Positions 51,733-61,974 of a stretch of 64,000 nucleotides of DNA are shown piece by piece. Under the pieces are notes generated by a model. That model searched no databases. It was not told the origin of the DNA and worked only from the letters and a program-made list of their open reading frames with translations. Source of the DNA: Candidatus Freyarchaeum deiterrae. GTDB taxonomy: Archaea > Asgardarchaeota > Jordiarchaeia > Jordiarchaeales > Jordiarchaeaceae. The stretch spans positions 1,344,001-1,408,000 of the forward strand of contig CP147778.1 in assembly GCA_037305845.1 (NCBI GenBank), written 5' to 3'. Every line of letters starts with the position of its first letter. The stretch's first letter is position 1. The position numbers and the translations under genes are program-made.

Positions 51733-52183
51733 CTCCAGCTAAACCTGAATCGCCCCAGAAAGTAACTGTTCCACAAGTTATCCAAACCAGTTCATAACAG
51801 CAAAACAGATTATGATTTATTTCTAACAATTCAATCAAGCGAGGGGCGTAGCATCATATTCCAGCCATCCAAGTGTTAGCTACAATTTAAATGTTTTATC
51901 AAAAGTTTTTGTCACCACGAGTCAACAACCAAATTTAAAACACTTTTTTCTTAGTTGAAACTATATCGACAGTTTTGAACCACGATATGTTAATTTTAGC
52001 AAAATAGAATTGGTGTGTAAAATATATAAATTAAAGATTTTATTTTGGATTATCAAAAGATAGTGAGAGGAGTCCTTATACCAAACATTTATACATTGAT
52101 GTGCTGCTTATTAGGAAAAGACTCTTATTCACTCGTGTCCTTTTGTCGTTTTTAAATGATTCTGTTAAATCATAATTTGAGTT

Positions 52184-52564
52184 GTGGTAAAGATGGAAGT
52201 TTACTTCTTTAAAACTGGAAATAAATGGGCTTTCAAATATTATTTTGATGACAAGAGCATATTCCGGGAACTAGCCAATTACTACAATAGAAGCAATTAC
52301 TGTTTCGAAATGAGCTCAACCCAAGATCGAGACAAGGTGAAAGCAATCCTAGAATCCAAGGGTTTTGACGTAGAAATCGTGGAGGATACCCATGATTTTC
52401 TGGTTAGGATACCAAAGAATCAAAAGTACGCTTCGATTCTCAAGAACTCGGTGTCGAACTGGGTGGAAAACGAATGGAGAATATTCCTCATGAAAGATAA
52501 AATTTCAGCAGAACTAGCAGAGATGGAAGAAGGAGCGGAAAAGGTTCCCAGCAAAACAACTTGA
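52184..52564 (+). CDS. Hypothetical archaeal protein
   Basis: Soluble ORF with FKYYF...YYN and ILKNSV...FLMKD; function unknown. Confidence 0.65.
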   Translation: MVKMEVYFFKTGNKWAFKYYFDDKSIFRELANYYNRSNYCFEMSSTQDRDKVKAILESKGFDVEIVEDTHDFLVRIPKNQKYASILKNSVSNWVENEWRIFLMKDKISAELAEMEEGAEKVPSKTT

Positions 52565-52654
52565 GCAATTTACTTATTTTTTTCCGAACTGTGAAAAAGA
52601 AAATCAAAAGAGGATTCTCGAAAAAAGAGTATAAAAATAGTTTAAGAATAAGCG

Positions 52655-53881
52655 TTACTTTTGCATTTCCGCTTTACCCCTAGGAGGGTTTGGAACCGGT
52701 ACAGGTATTTCCGATTTTCCCATTTCGGCTTTTATGCTATATTCTCTGTAAACTTCTCTTTGAATCAGGAACCTCATTATCTCGGAGGTACCGCCTCCAA
52801 TCATTCCTATTCGGACATCCCTCAAGTACCGCTCAACAGGGTATTCCGTGGTGTAACCGACTCCACCCAGTACTTGCAAGGCTTGGTTACAGATATCAAA
52901 CGCGTTATCAACTGCAAAAACCTTAGCCATAGCGGACTCCTTGCTCGCCCTATCACCATTATCAATCATTCTTGCTGCACGTAACGTTAAAAGCTCCGCA
53001 GCATCGAGCAGGGTAGCCATATCCGCAACCTTAAAGTTTATTCCCTCAAATGAGTTAATCGGTCTATTGAACTGCACACGCTCAGAGGAATATTTTACCG
53101 CCGTCTGAAAGGCTGCACGAGCAATTCCAATCATTTCCCCAGCAATAGAAATTCGCTCAGTATTCAACTCATCCATAAGTATATTGTAGCCCATACCATC
53201 CCGATCAAGAATATTCTCAGCAGGAATCCGGCAATCCTCAAACCTCAAATGCGCAATACGCATCCCATGCATACCCATAAGACCATAAATCTTCTCAACC
53301 CTAAAACCATCCGTATCCGTAGGGAAAATGAAAGCACTCATACCACGCTTCTGCGCTACCTCAGGATTAACCGCAAAAAGAGTAATAATATTAGCATCGG
53401 CTCCATTTGTTATAAAACGCTTTTCACCGTTAATGACATACTCGCCTCCATTTCTGACCGCAGTAGTTCGCATGGCTGCAGTGTCTGACCCCACGTTTGG
53501 CTCAGTTATGCCTATGGCTCCGATTATTTCCCCCTTTATTAGAGGAATCAAGTACTTTTTCTTCTGTTCATCGTTTCCGAATCTGGATATGGGAATTGCA
53601 CATAGTGTGGCTGATGCGGTACGCGACATATCTGTGGGAGCACTTACCCCAGCTATCTCCTCCGCAACAATCAACTCGTGGACCACGCCCTTATCTGTTC
53701 CGCCAAACTCCACGGGATGCAAATGCTTCATAAATCCCGCTTCACCAATTTTCCTTAGGAGCGGGGCCGGATACATTCCGTTCTCAACTTCCTCAGCGTG
53801 GGGAGCAATCACTTTATCCGCGAATGCTTTAACTCTCGCTCTGAAATGCCTTTCTTCTTTATTGAAAAAGAGAAACTTCAT
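52655..53881 (-). CDS. Acyl-CoA dehydrogenase
   Basis: ITEPNVGSD, NGEKRFITNG, RVQFNRPI, QVLGGVGY, GGTSEIMR. Confidence 0.96.
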   Translation of the reverse strand: MKFLFFNKEERHFRARVKAFADKVIAPHAEEVENGMYPAPLLRKIGEAGFMKHLHPVEFGGTDKGVVHELIVAEEIAGVSAPTDMSRTASATLCAIPISRFGNDEQKKKYLIPLIKGEIIGAIGITEPNVGSDTAAMRTTAVRNGGEYVINGEKRFITNGADANIITLFAVNPEVAQKRGMSAFIFPTDTDGFRVEKIYGLMGMHGMRIAHLRFEDCRIPAENILDRDGMGYNILMDELNTERISIAGEMIGIARAAFQTAVKYSSERVQFNRPINSFEGINFKVADMATLLDAAELLTLRAARMIDNGDRASKESAMAKVFAVDNAFDICNQALQVLGGVGYTTEYPVERYLRDVRIGMIGGGTSEIMRFLIQREVYREYSIKAEMGKSEIPVPVPNPPRGKAEMQK

Positions 53882-54245
53882 AACATTTCAAACCTCGACA
53901 AACTCTAAGATGAACAGCACAAGTCTATATAGGTATGCAAAAATAATTAACCATATCGCATCTCTACACTTAAGCAATTATCATAGTTCAGAACAAAAAT
54001 AAGAGAGAGAACCAACCCCGAAAATTGGGAAGAATTTTTTTCTTCAAAAGAGTGAAAAAGCTTCAAGTTATTGCTGGGAGATTCGCATCCAACCCGTTAC
54101 GCATCCCCAAAAACAATGCGGATTATACTAGAACTAGGACAATGGCCAGAAAGCTAAAAAACACAAGAGCGAACAATACTAAGTTTCCAAGAGATTAAAT
54201 ATATTATTCAACTTGCTTATGGATTCATCCTATTTTTTGGTTGAA

Positions 54246-54995
54246 TTATTCATCTGATTTATATTTTTTATATATTTGGCGTATGTATTTATGATCAATT
54301 ACTTCAAATTGTGGATTCTTTATACTGACAGAAGCGGCTTTTTTGATACCTTCAATTACAGAGAATGCTGTTTCATGTGGGTTAAGATAGAAGATTGAGG
54401 CATTGTCATTAGAAAAAAGAGATGAACATTGACGATACAGAATATCGCCTTCACCCCTTTGTTTCATAATTGGCTCTGCTTTTACAACAATATAAGTAGC
54501 TTGAGATAACATATAGATAACCTTATCTGCTATTTCATCACCAGAGTGTAAACTTGGTTTTGTTTTCGTGACTTTTGAAAGTATCCTAATCCAACAATCA
54601 GCTTTTTTGTTGTTCATACAGTCATAACACTCTTCTAATGAAACACTTGATTTACATTTTTCTTTTATTGTTAGTACTTCTTCCTCAACTTCAATCGCTT
54701 CATCCTGTTCATTAATGAAAGGAAATAATTCAAATAATTTAGAAAAAATGTCTGTTAAAACAAGCTTCGCTTGACGTTTACCGTTCTTCCCCTCATATGT
54801 AAATTCAATATCAATTTTATTGTTTGTAATACGATGAAAGGAAACTAAAGCAGACCCAAATACGTTAAAATTTTCTTCTTCTAAAGTATATAATTTACTA
54901 ACACATATTCGTAAATCCAAATATTTAATTTCCCATTCTTTCCCTGTTCTCTTATTATATGAGAGGGAAGTGAAGGGGGAGGTGGGATACGTCAC
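54246..54995 (-). CDS. Hypothetical protein with possible C-terminal PD-(D/E)XK nuclease-like domain; may be 5'-truncated
   Basis: Cys cluster followed by HSGDEIADKV...YIVVK...YRQ. Confidence 0.45.
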   Translation of the reverse strand: MTYPTSPFTSLSYNKRTGKEWEIKYLDLRICVSKLYTLEEENFNVFGSALVSFHRITNNKIDIEFTYEGKNGKRQAKLVLTDIFSKLFELFPFINEQDEAIEVEEEVLTIKEKCKSSVSLEECYDCMNNKKADCWIRILSKVTKTKPSLHSGDEIADKVIYMLSQATYIVVKAEPIMKQRGEGDILYRQCSSLFSNDNASIFYLNPHETAFSVIEGIKKAASVSIKNPQFEVIDHKYIRQIYKKYKSDE

Positions 54996-55546
54996 TCTTC
55001 GATCACTTCGAAAAATTTAATCCTGCCTTTAGGTAATATTTGAACCCCCACTTCTTTGTCTTTGAATTTGAATATATGTAAAGAATCAGGGTTTAACGCA
55101 TCTAAATTAATTTCTATTTTTATTTTATCTTCAACTCCGCTCACATCCTCTTCAACTTTGATTGCTTTAAATTTTTCAGGTTTTTCTGGAGGAAGCGATA
55201 TTTCATCTTTACACAGTTGTAAAAGGTTTAAGGAGACTCGTGCTTGGTAACGCTTCAAGGATACTTTAAATAGAGACTTTGTGTTACTGTATAAGCTCAG
55301 AATCGACTCGTTTTGGCACGTTAAAAAAAGGCGCTTCGCCTGCAATGTACTTTCCTCTGAGTACCATTTTGTCATATCTTTATAGAGACTACTATACACT
55401 GAACATTCTTTTTCTTCTTTTATTCTGTCCATCATTAGAGCCCCATATCGGTTTTCTACAAATGAGCAGTACTTTTCCTTCTCAGGGTACGTCTCTTGTT
55501 TCGAAAGTAGATACTGCCTCTTTGAACTTAACTTGAGATTTTTCAT
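54992..55546 (-). CDS. Hypothetical protein
   Basis: 184-aa ORF with GGTGG SD, in an apparent three-gene run. Confidence 0.55.
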   Translation of the reverse strand: MKNLKLSSKRQYLLSKQETYPEKEKYCSFVENRYGALMMDRIKEEKECSVYSSLYKDMTKWYSEESTLQAKRLFLTCQNESILSLYSNTKSLFKVSLKRYQARVSLNLLQLCKDEISLPPEKPEKFKAIKVEEDVSGVEDKIKIEINLDALNPDSLHIFKFKDKEVGVQILPKGRIKFFEVIEE

Positions 55547-55568
55547 CTTTTGCCACCTATTTTATCAA

Positions 55569-56192
55569 TTAAGCCCAACCTTTTACTTTTATATGCAGAT
55601 TTCTTACCAATTCTTTAATAGTTTCTTCTAATGATTTAATAGTTTTTTTCTCTCTCACCTCATTTAATAAAGTTTGAAGTAATTCTGAACAGATTTCGTT
55701 TATTTCTTCAAGTATTTTATCCGCAGCTTTACTTATACAGCCAAAAATTAGCTTCCCGTATTCTTCCCCCCTAAATACCTCTTCCAACACGTTTATGACG
55801 GTCATATTTGCTTTTATAGCGCTGAAGTTTAGTATGTAATCAGGACCAAAGCAATCGTCAAATGATAAAGTTCCAAACTCCCGAGAAATCATGTTTTTAA
55901 TCTCTTGCGGTATAGATGTTTTATTTAACTCTTCCTTACTTAAAATATCGATTTTTCTATCAAAGTATTCATCGAACAGTTTTCCAACATATTGAATTAA
56001 TAGTATAGAGTTTAGCAAATCAAGACATCGAAAATTGTTCATAATCGACGTTAGATTACTTCCTAGAACAAATACGGTAAATCGTGGATGCGACCCTTCT
56101 GAAGGGACACTGAGTTCCTCTAAGACGTTTTTAATACGCTCAATCAAAATCTCTGTCGCATCATTCAATCTCTTTCCTCCTTCAAATATCAC
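55569..56192 (-). CDS. Hypothetical helical protein
   Basis: 207-aa ORF; the real start may be the TTG after GGAGG. Confidence 0.55.
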   Translation of the reverse strand: MIFEGGKRLNDATEILIERIKNVLEELSVPSEGSHPRFTVFVLGSNLTSIMNNFRCLDLLNSILLIQYVGKLFDEYFDRKIDILSKEELNKTSIPQEIKNMISREFGTLSFDDCFGPDYILNFSAIKANMTVINVLEEVFRGEEYGKLIFGCISKAADKILEEINEICSELLQTLLNEVREKKTIKSLEETIKELVRNLHIKVKGWA

Positions 56193-56350
56193 TTCTCTAT
56201 GTATTCAATTAGTAATAGAGAGTAAATAATTTTTCGTTAAGTGCATTAAAAAGTTTTTTGGTATTTCAACCATCTTCCAATTATTCAATTGTAATCCTTC
56301 AAACTTACAGCCATGTTCATAACCACAATTATGAAGCCCCTTTTAATCAA

Positions 56351-56608
56351 GAAATATATCCACTCTCTTCAGTTTAATCTTCTACTAAGTAATATATATA
56401 CTCCCCCCGTTTTTCAAAAAATTATCATAGTGAGGTTTCACCCGATTCGAATAAAAGCATATCTAAAAGTTGCTATAAAAAAGTCCAGAAACAAAAATTG
56501 CATGCAATTCTTAAATACAATCCAAATAGATAACCAAACTAACACACTTAACCCTCAAAGGTGACAACAGGTGGACTGGAACCAATTAGAAAAGAAATAG
56601 CAGGAAAA
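56351..56608 (+). pseudogene. Decayed duplicate of the leuS upstream region and first codons
   Basis: Aligns by eye with about 62835-63086; GTG GAC TGG AAC CAA TTA GAA AAG AAA TAG versus leuS ATG GAC TGG AAT CAA ATA GAA AAA AAA TGG. Confidence 0.85.
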
Positions 56609-56798
56609 CAAGACGAAATAGTAATTTAAAATGTAACAAAAATTTTTTAATTAAAGCGATGGTATCCTCAAGGCAAAAGAGAACAACATTTGAGTATCGT
56701 AAGGATTTTTACTATAATCTTTCAGACGACTAATTATGCTTAGCGATATTTTTACTACTATCAGCAGTTAAAACCAAAGAAAAAAATAACAAGTTTAA

Positions 56799-58841
56799 CT
56801 AATCCTCATATGTTTTTTCGGAGGTACGTTCAGGAGATTTAAACATTTTATTTACCATATATTCGAGTTGAGGATTATATTCCCATTCTTTTTCCAATAA
56901 TAAATAGCTGTACGACCGACCTTTAGAATTCGATGGTTCACTAGCTACTCCTAACCAAAGTTTACATTTACAAAGATATTGTGCTGCCATGCTTATTTCT
57001 ATCAATTCGTTGATGCGTTCTTCATGCTTTTTTGGAGTGAACAGTAAGGTAATACCGAAGCTAGTACTATCTGGTTTTATTGAGATATGGTGAAATTTTC
57101 TATCTAACGCAGCTTGCATTGATTTTTCTAGAGCCTTTCTACCTACTACTCTTCTTTCCGTTCTAGAAAGTTTACTTAAATTAGTTATAACCTCAAATGC
57201 AATCAAATCATTGGATTCGTGGGCTCTTCCTATTATATCATCGAAGAATACACAATATTTGTCTCTCTCAATTTTCTTTCTTAATAATGGAGCTCTTTCT
57301 CTATTGAATTCCTCCCAAGACAAAAATATAGAAATAGTATTCGGTGCTTTCTTATCTTTTGGTGCTGCTATTTGAAAATCATATTCGTTTAATAAGTAAT
57401 AACCAAGTAAATCTAACTCATCAAGAATAGTTACAATTCCTTTTGAATTTAGTTCAATTCTCTTCTCTAAGTATTCTATAAACTCTAAGGGCGTAGAAAG
57501 TTCATGTGTTATTATATCAAGGTCATAAAGATTTACTAGAAATGGATATCCTTCTTTTTTAAAATCTATAAAAGATTCTAGGTCTTTCAAGAATAAAATA
57601 GGAAATCTGTCTTCGAGAGTAATTATAAAATAAATTTTATGAATGTTAGAAATTTTAATTGGAACATCGTTCCACTTATTGTTAGTTAATTTCGACAATT
57701 TACCAGCTAATAAATTTCCCTTTGCATTTACGCACTGTTTATAGGCTTCTATAATGGAATTCTGCAAATCTTGTTTTATTGCTTCAACATCTCCTTTTTG
57801 TGCTTCAATAGTCAAAAGTTTACTCTTGTTTTGAACTATTAGTAAGATATCATCAAAAAGTATGATTAAATCAGCAATTTCGTGTTCACCTCTTTTATAT
57901 TGGAATTTTGGATTTGGAAAAAGAAAGTCTGACGGAAATGCTTGAACAAAAAATCGGAAGCATCGTTCTTCAGACACTTTACCCTTCTTTTTTTCAAATT
58001 CCGGCAGATAGTCAGGATCTTTTTCAATGATATCATAATAGAAAGTTTCCGAAATAGCTTGGCAAAAAGTAGGAAAAAGAGGAACTAAGAAAGAATCATT
58101 GATATTGATAATCGGAGTTTTATAAAGATGATTAAAGTCTATATGATTTTTGATCTTTGGAAAGCTACCTAGTTTTTTACCGAGTCTCAAGAGAATGTGA
58201 TTTAGTGTACGTTCGGGAATACCCAAAGACGCAGATAACGCGTTCTTGGAAAAGTTAACAGCATCTTTTGCTACATTTATAAGATTTGTATTTGGGACTT
58301 TAACAAAGGGGGGCTCTTTTAGAGCTTTTGCTATATATTTATTTTCCGATCTATCAGAAATCAAATCAATTGTTTCGTATAATTTCTTTTCAAAAAAATT
58401 TGCCAATTTTATACAATCTTTGATTGTGAAACCTAATTTAGTTTTGAACCAATTATTGTGTGGTTGGAATCTTTCATATGCGGCATCCAACATTAGATAC
58501 GGATATGTTTTCAATCTAACAGCTGCTCTTGTTAGATAAAAGTCTCTTTGTATTTCACTTATGGGTCCTTTAAAATCTATCATAGTGTCAGATGATTGTT
58601 TTAGTTTGATTTGTTGAGAAAGGACTATCAATTCTTCAAAGTTTTCAGGAGTACATTTTTTATTGTTCTCGATTTTGCTTGTCGAACATGCGTTAGCGAT
58701 TATGAATTCTAGGTCTGCATACACTACTTCTATATTTCCACGAATAAAAAGGGTAGCCACAGCAAAATAGATTACACTAAGTGGATCTAATTGGGTAATT
58801 AGAGATTCAAATTGCTTGTATAAAGCATCTTCTTTTTCCAT
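56799..58841 (-). CDS. NERD / PD-(D/E)XK nuclease-domain protein
   Basis: EIADLIILFDDILLIVQNKSK...DLQNSIIEAYKQ; later YLEKR...DELDLLGYYL. Confidence 0.75.
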   Translation of the reverse strand: MEKEDALYKQFESLITQLDPLSVIYFAVATLFIRGNIEVVYADLEFIIANACSTSKIENNKKCTPENFEELIVLSQQIKLKQSSDTMIDFKGPISEIQRDFYLTRAAVRLKTYPYLMLDAAYERFQPHNNWFKTKLGFTIKDCIKLANFFEKKLYETIDLISDRSENKYIAKALKEPPFVKVPNTNLINVAKDAVNFSKNALSASLGIPERTLNHILLRLGKKLGSFPKIKNHIDFNHLYKTPIININDSFLVPLFPTFCQAISETFYYDIIEKDPDYLPEFEKKKGKVSEERCFRFFVQAFPSDFLFPNPKFQYKRGEHEIADLIILFDDILLIVQNKSKLLTIEAQKGDVEAIKQDLQNSIIEAYKQCVNAKGNLLAGKLSKLTNNKWNDVPIKISNIHKIYFIITLEDRFPILFLKDLESFIDFKKEGYPFLVNLYDLDIITHELSTPLEFIEYLEKRIELNSKGIVTILDELDLLGYYLLNEYDFQIAAPKDKKAPNTISIFLSWEEFNRERAPLLRKKIERDKYCVFFDDIIGRAHESNDLIAFEVITNLSKLSRTERRVVGRKALEKSMQAALDRKFHHISIKPDSTSFGITLLFTPKKHEERINELIEISMAAQYLCKCKLWLGVASEPSNSKGRSYSYLLLEKEWEYNPQLEYMVNKMFKSPERTSEKTYED

Positions 58842-58874
58842 TTATTTGCCCTTCATAAAATAGTAATAAAGATA

Positions 58875-59693
58875 TTATACCAATATGTTTGACTGCTCCC
58901 ATCTTTTATCGAAATTTTCAATCAGAGCTTCAACTATATTTTCACACGTATTTTTATTCAAGATTATGGCGAAAGATTCCTTTGCCCCCAAATTTTGAAT
59001 GCTATATCCTAAAATAACTAAACACTCAGATGAAATTATATACCTGTCATGAATATCTCCAAGCGTATAGCTTCTAAACTCTATGTTAGGACGTTCTGAT
59101 TTAAAGTCTTTAAGATGACGTAAAAAGCTACTTTTCTTATTTCTAAGTTTCTCAATATTAGTTAGAAACCTAACAACTTCATTTTTAACATTCTCTAAAA
59201 TATCTAAGGTTCTTACACCACAGTAAGGATCAACAATTCTTAATTCACCATTAAGACTACCCAAAATGTTCTTTGACAAAATTCTCTTACTCGTATATCG
59301 TTTACCCGGTTCAAAATAAAGTATATCTATAGAACCCTCTTTTGCCTGAGAAAGTAAATGGTCTTTTCCAGGTTTCATAATCTCAAAATAAACCTTCCCA
59401 CCCTCTTGATAAGCATGAATTTTATCTCCCGCTCTATTAAAGGATAGAGTGATGGACTTTGCATTAATATTAATCTCTTCGATATCTATAATAATTGAAG
59501 CTATTTGCTCAGCAGTCAGACTTCTTATTCCCAACTCTTCCTTTGCAACCCATAAAATCCAAAGACCCATTTCGAGAGGCTTCTCATAACTATAGAAATC
59601 AGGATAGCCAGAAGCATCTATTTCCGCAAACCTTTTTGAAATTTCTACTTCCTCAAGATTCTTTCCTTCTTCATTCATAATATCGGCTCTCAT
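58875..59693 (-). CDS. Winged helix fused to PLD-like (DPY...HDR) domain
   Basis: IVDPYC, IHDRYII, LGYSIQNLGAKES, FDKRW. Confidence 0.75.
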   Translation of the reverse strand: MRADIMNEEGKNLEEVEISKRFAEIDASGYPDFYSYEKPLEMGLWILWVAKEELGIRSLTAEQIASIIIDIEEININAKSITLSFNRAGDKIHAYQEGGKVYFEIMKPGKDHLLSQAKEGSIDILYFEPGKRYTSKRILSKNILGSLNGELRIVDPYCGVRTLDILENVKNEVVRFLTNIEKLRNKKSSFLRHLKDFKSERPNIEFRSYTLGDIHDRYIISSECLVILGYSIQNLGAKESFAIILNKNTCENIVEALIENFDKRWEQSNILV

Positions 59694-60208
59694 TTTGCTT
59701 CAGCAAGCTCTTTTATAGTTTTTAACCCTTCCTTGATACCAGGCAAGTTTATTTTATAACTAAAGTTGGTACTGCTTGGTATTCCCACAGGAATTATAAA
59801 CTGTTTATACTCTTCAAAGGTTTGATTCAAATTTCCCAAGGAACCTATACCTAGCCATTTTAATTTTTTACGCAAGTCCCGGGATTTTATTTCATCCTTT
59901 CCGTAGCAATAGTGATAGGCTGTAAGAATACATACAGTAGCTTTAAACTGTTTTTCAGCCTCAGATTCGCCACATACAGAAATTTTCAAGTTCAAATCAT
60001 TTTTATCGAAAACAAAAACGTTTCTTACTTGTTCTTCTTTAATCTCTGCCTCTTTGGAAAATTTTAATATAACATCTTCAATATCAACACCAGTATCTTT
60101 TAGCGGCATTTCTTTTTCTTGTTCGAAAGGTTCTTCTAATTTTTTAATTCTCTTCTCATGGTCTTCCAATTTTTTCTTTATTTCATTGATTTCTTCATCT
60201 GATACCAT
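59690..60208 (-). CDS. Short coiled coil plus winged-helix protein
   Basis: EIKKKLEDHEKRIKKLE; C-terminal GNL...YKINLPGIK. Confidence 0.65.
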   Translation of the reverse strand: MVSDEEINEIKKKLEDHEKRIKKLEEPFEQEKEMPLKDTGVDIEDVILKFSKEAEIKEEQVRNVFVFDKNDLNLKISVCGESEAEKQFKATVCILTAYHYCYGKDEIKSRDLRKKLKWLGIGSLGNLNQTFEEYKQFIIPVGIPSSTNFSYKINLPGIKEGLKTIKELAEAK

Positions 60209-60210
60209 TT

Positions 60211-60663
60211 TTACTCACCCTCTGCACTTTTTTCTATTTTTCTTTCTTCAATGAATTTTATCCCCTTAGTTAGAATCCTCCACGCTTTCAAGTCAGCTTT
60301 AGTTCTACTCTCAATGAAATAATCTTGTTCACAGGCCTTTGCTATTATATCATTCAAATTCGTTGGTAAAGGACGTCTAATCGCATTGTACAAATTCTTA
60401 ATATCGTTTAAATTAAATGTATTAATCCCCTCGAACTTGTAGAGATAATAGGCCATACCAATTACGCATTCAGTATGAGACTCCAAATCTTTCTCTTTTA
60501 TAAACTGAAGTATAGCAGGCTTCTCAGCGGATAAAGGCTCCCTGTAAAGACCAGAGATAAGATCTATTATATCAAGTAAAACATCCCTAATCGGTTCATC
60601 AAGTTCTGCAGCTCTAGCTTTAATATTTTCAATCCGATTTTCAACATTGCTCATTACAAGCAC
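60211..60663 (-). CDS. Winged-helix protein
   Basis: MAYYL...FNLNDIKNLY...PTNL...WRILTKGIKFIE. Confidence 0.65.
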   Translation of the reverse strand: MLVMSNVENRIENIKARAAELDEPIRDVLLDIIDLISGLYREPLSAEKPAILQFIKEKDLESHTECVIGMAYYLYKFEGINTFNLNDIKNLYNAIRRPLPTNLNDIIAKACEQDYFIESRTKADLKAWRILTKGIKFIEERKIEKSAEGE

Positions 60664-61037
60664 CTCCCTCGATTTTCTTTAAAATTTCGTACAAAAATTT
60701 TTAAAAAGTAGTCATAACAACTCGGTTATTTCCAAGCTCCATCTTTTATATAACCTAAGTTAACAAGACCACTAAACATACCGCATGTAACTTTCTCATC
60801 TACTTTGCAAAGTTGAGATATCCTAAGAAATAATTAGGTCTAACAGCTATTAAAATTTATTATTTACTTATCAATATAACAAAGTTATAATTTTTATGCA
60901 ACTAATTTTAATGTGTAGTATAATAGCAATATCTTATAAATTTAAATAATTATATAGAAAAGCTTAATTTCTATTATACACATAACAAATAAAATATTTA
61001 TGAGCAATCAAGTTAAAAAATATGTATTGGTGTTACT

Positions 61038-61802
61038 TTGGAGAATGAAATTCGTATGATGTTGGAGAGCGGCTTCCTTTCAAATATACGCGGTTTGTTT
61101 TATGAGTATCACAATCGCTATTTGGTTGACGATACATTATCCGATGTAAATGTGTTTCTTTTAGTTATAGCTATGGTCGAATCAATGAATAACACTGCAG
61201 GCGCAGAACGTAGTCGATGTATGGAGTTATTTGAGTTTTTAGGAAGGAGAGGAGAAAATTTTAGAACAGTGGTTTCTAGAGCCAAAGAGCGGAAGCTGAT
61301 AACTGAAACAAATGAAAATTTGTCTTTTCTTGTCGCTGGTTTAAAAGAACTAAATAAGATTTTAAGTGGAGTTCAGAAATCCTCAGTATATTTGGTGAAG
61401 TCTGATGAGTTCTTTAGCGGCATAATTTTATTTGAACAGTTTCTTCAGAAAGAGATAAAGAGCGAGGAAGTTTTACTCTGCGACCCTTACATTTCTTATT
61501 CTACGTTGCAACCTTTTTCAGTTTTAAGTGGACAAACATTCTCAATGAAAATTTTAACATCGAATATAGAGGAAAGTGACAAATTTGAAGAATACAAAAA
61601 GAAATTTGACAGGCAATATAAAATCTCTGTGGAAGTTAAAACTAGCTTTAAGATCCACGATAGATACTTGATCTATGAAAACAAATGCTGGTCTATTGGA
61701 ACAAGCATAAATAGTCTAGGAAATAAGGACATAATAATCAAAGATATAAGTGAAATTACAGATTCCTTAAAAGCCTTGTTTAATGAAAGGTGGAACGAAT
61801 AG
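61038..61802 (+). CDS. Winged helix fused to PLD-like (DPY...HDR) domain, paralog of 58875-59693
   Basis: LCDPYI, IHDRYLI, IGTSINSLGNKD, FNERW. Confidence 0.75.
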   Translation: MENEIRMMLESGFLSNIRGLFYEYHNRYLVDDTLSDVNVFLLVIAMVESMNNTAGAERSRCMELFEFLGRRGENFRTVVSRAKERKLITETNENLSFLVAGLKELNKILSGVQKSSVYLVKSDEFFSGIILFEQFLQKEIKSEEVLLCDPYISYSTLQPFSVLSGQTFSMKILTSNIEESDKFEEYKKKFDRQYKISVEVKTSFKIHDRYLIYENKCWSIGTSINSLGNKDIIIKDISEITDSLKALFNERWNE

Positions 61803-61974
61803 ATAACGTCAATCAAAACTAGACCTCCAATGTGAATGCGAGGTATATGACTAATGACCAAATAAATCGAAAATTTATTGCGTAACTAAATAGGAATTAC
61901 TACAATTTTAATTCTTTAATGAGCCTCGTATAAATTCATAAAAAGTCATATGCTGCAAGTGGGAGTGGTTAACC

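Noticed and set aside
53328-54002. 224-aa + strand ORF
   Set aside because: Antisense to the acyl-CoA dehydrogenase gene
54070-54110. Possible tRNA remnant or att site at the island's left edge
   Set aside because: No cloverleaf or T-loop consensus could be built
56313-56564. 83-aa ORF
   Set aside because: Coincides with the decayed leuS upstream duplicate; probably non-coding
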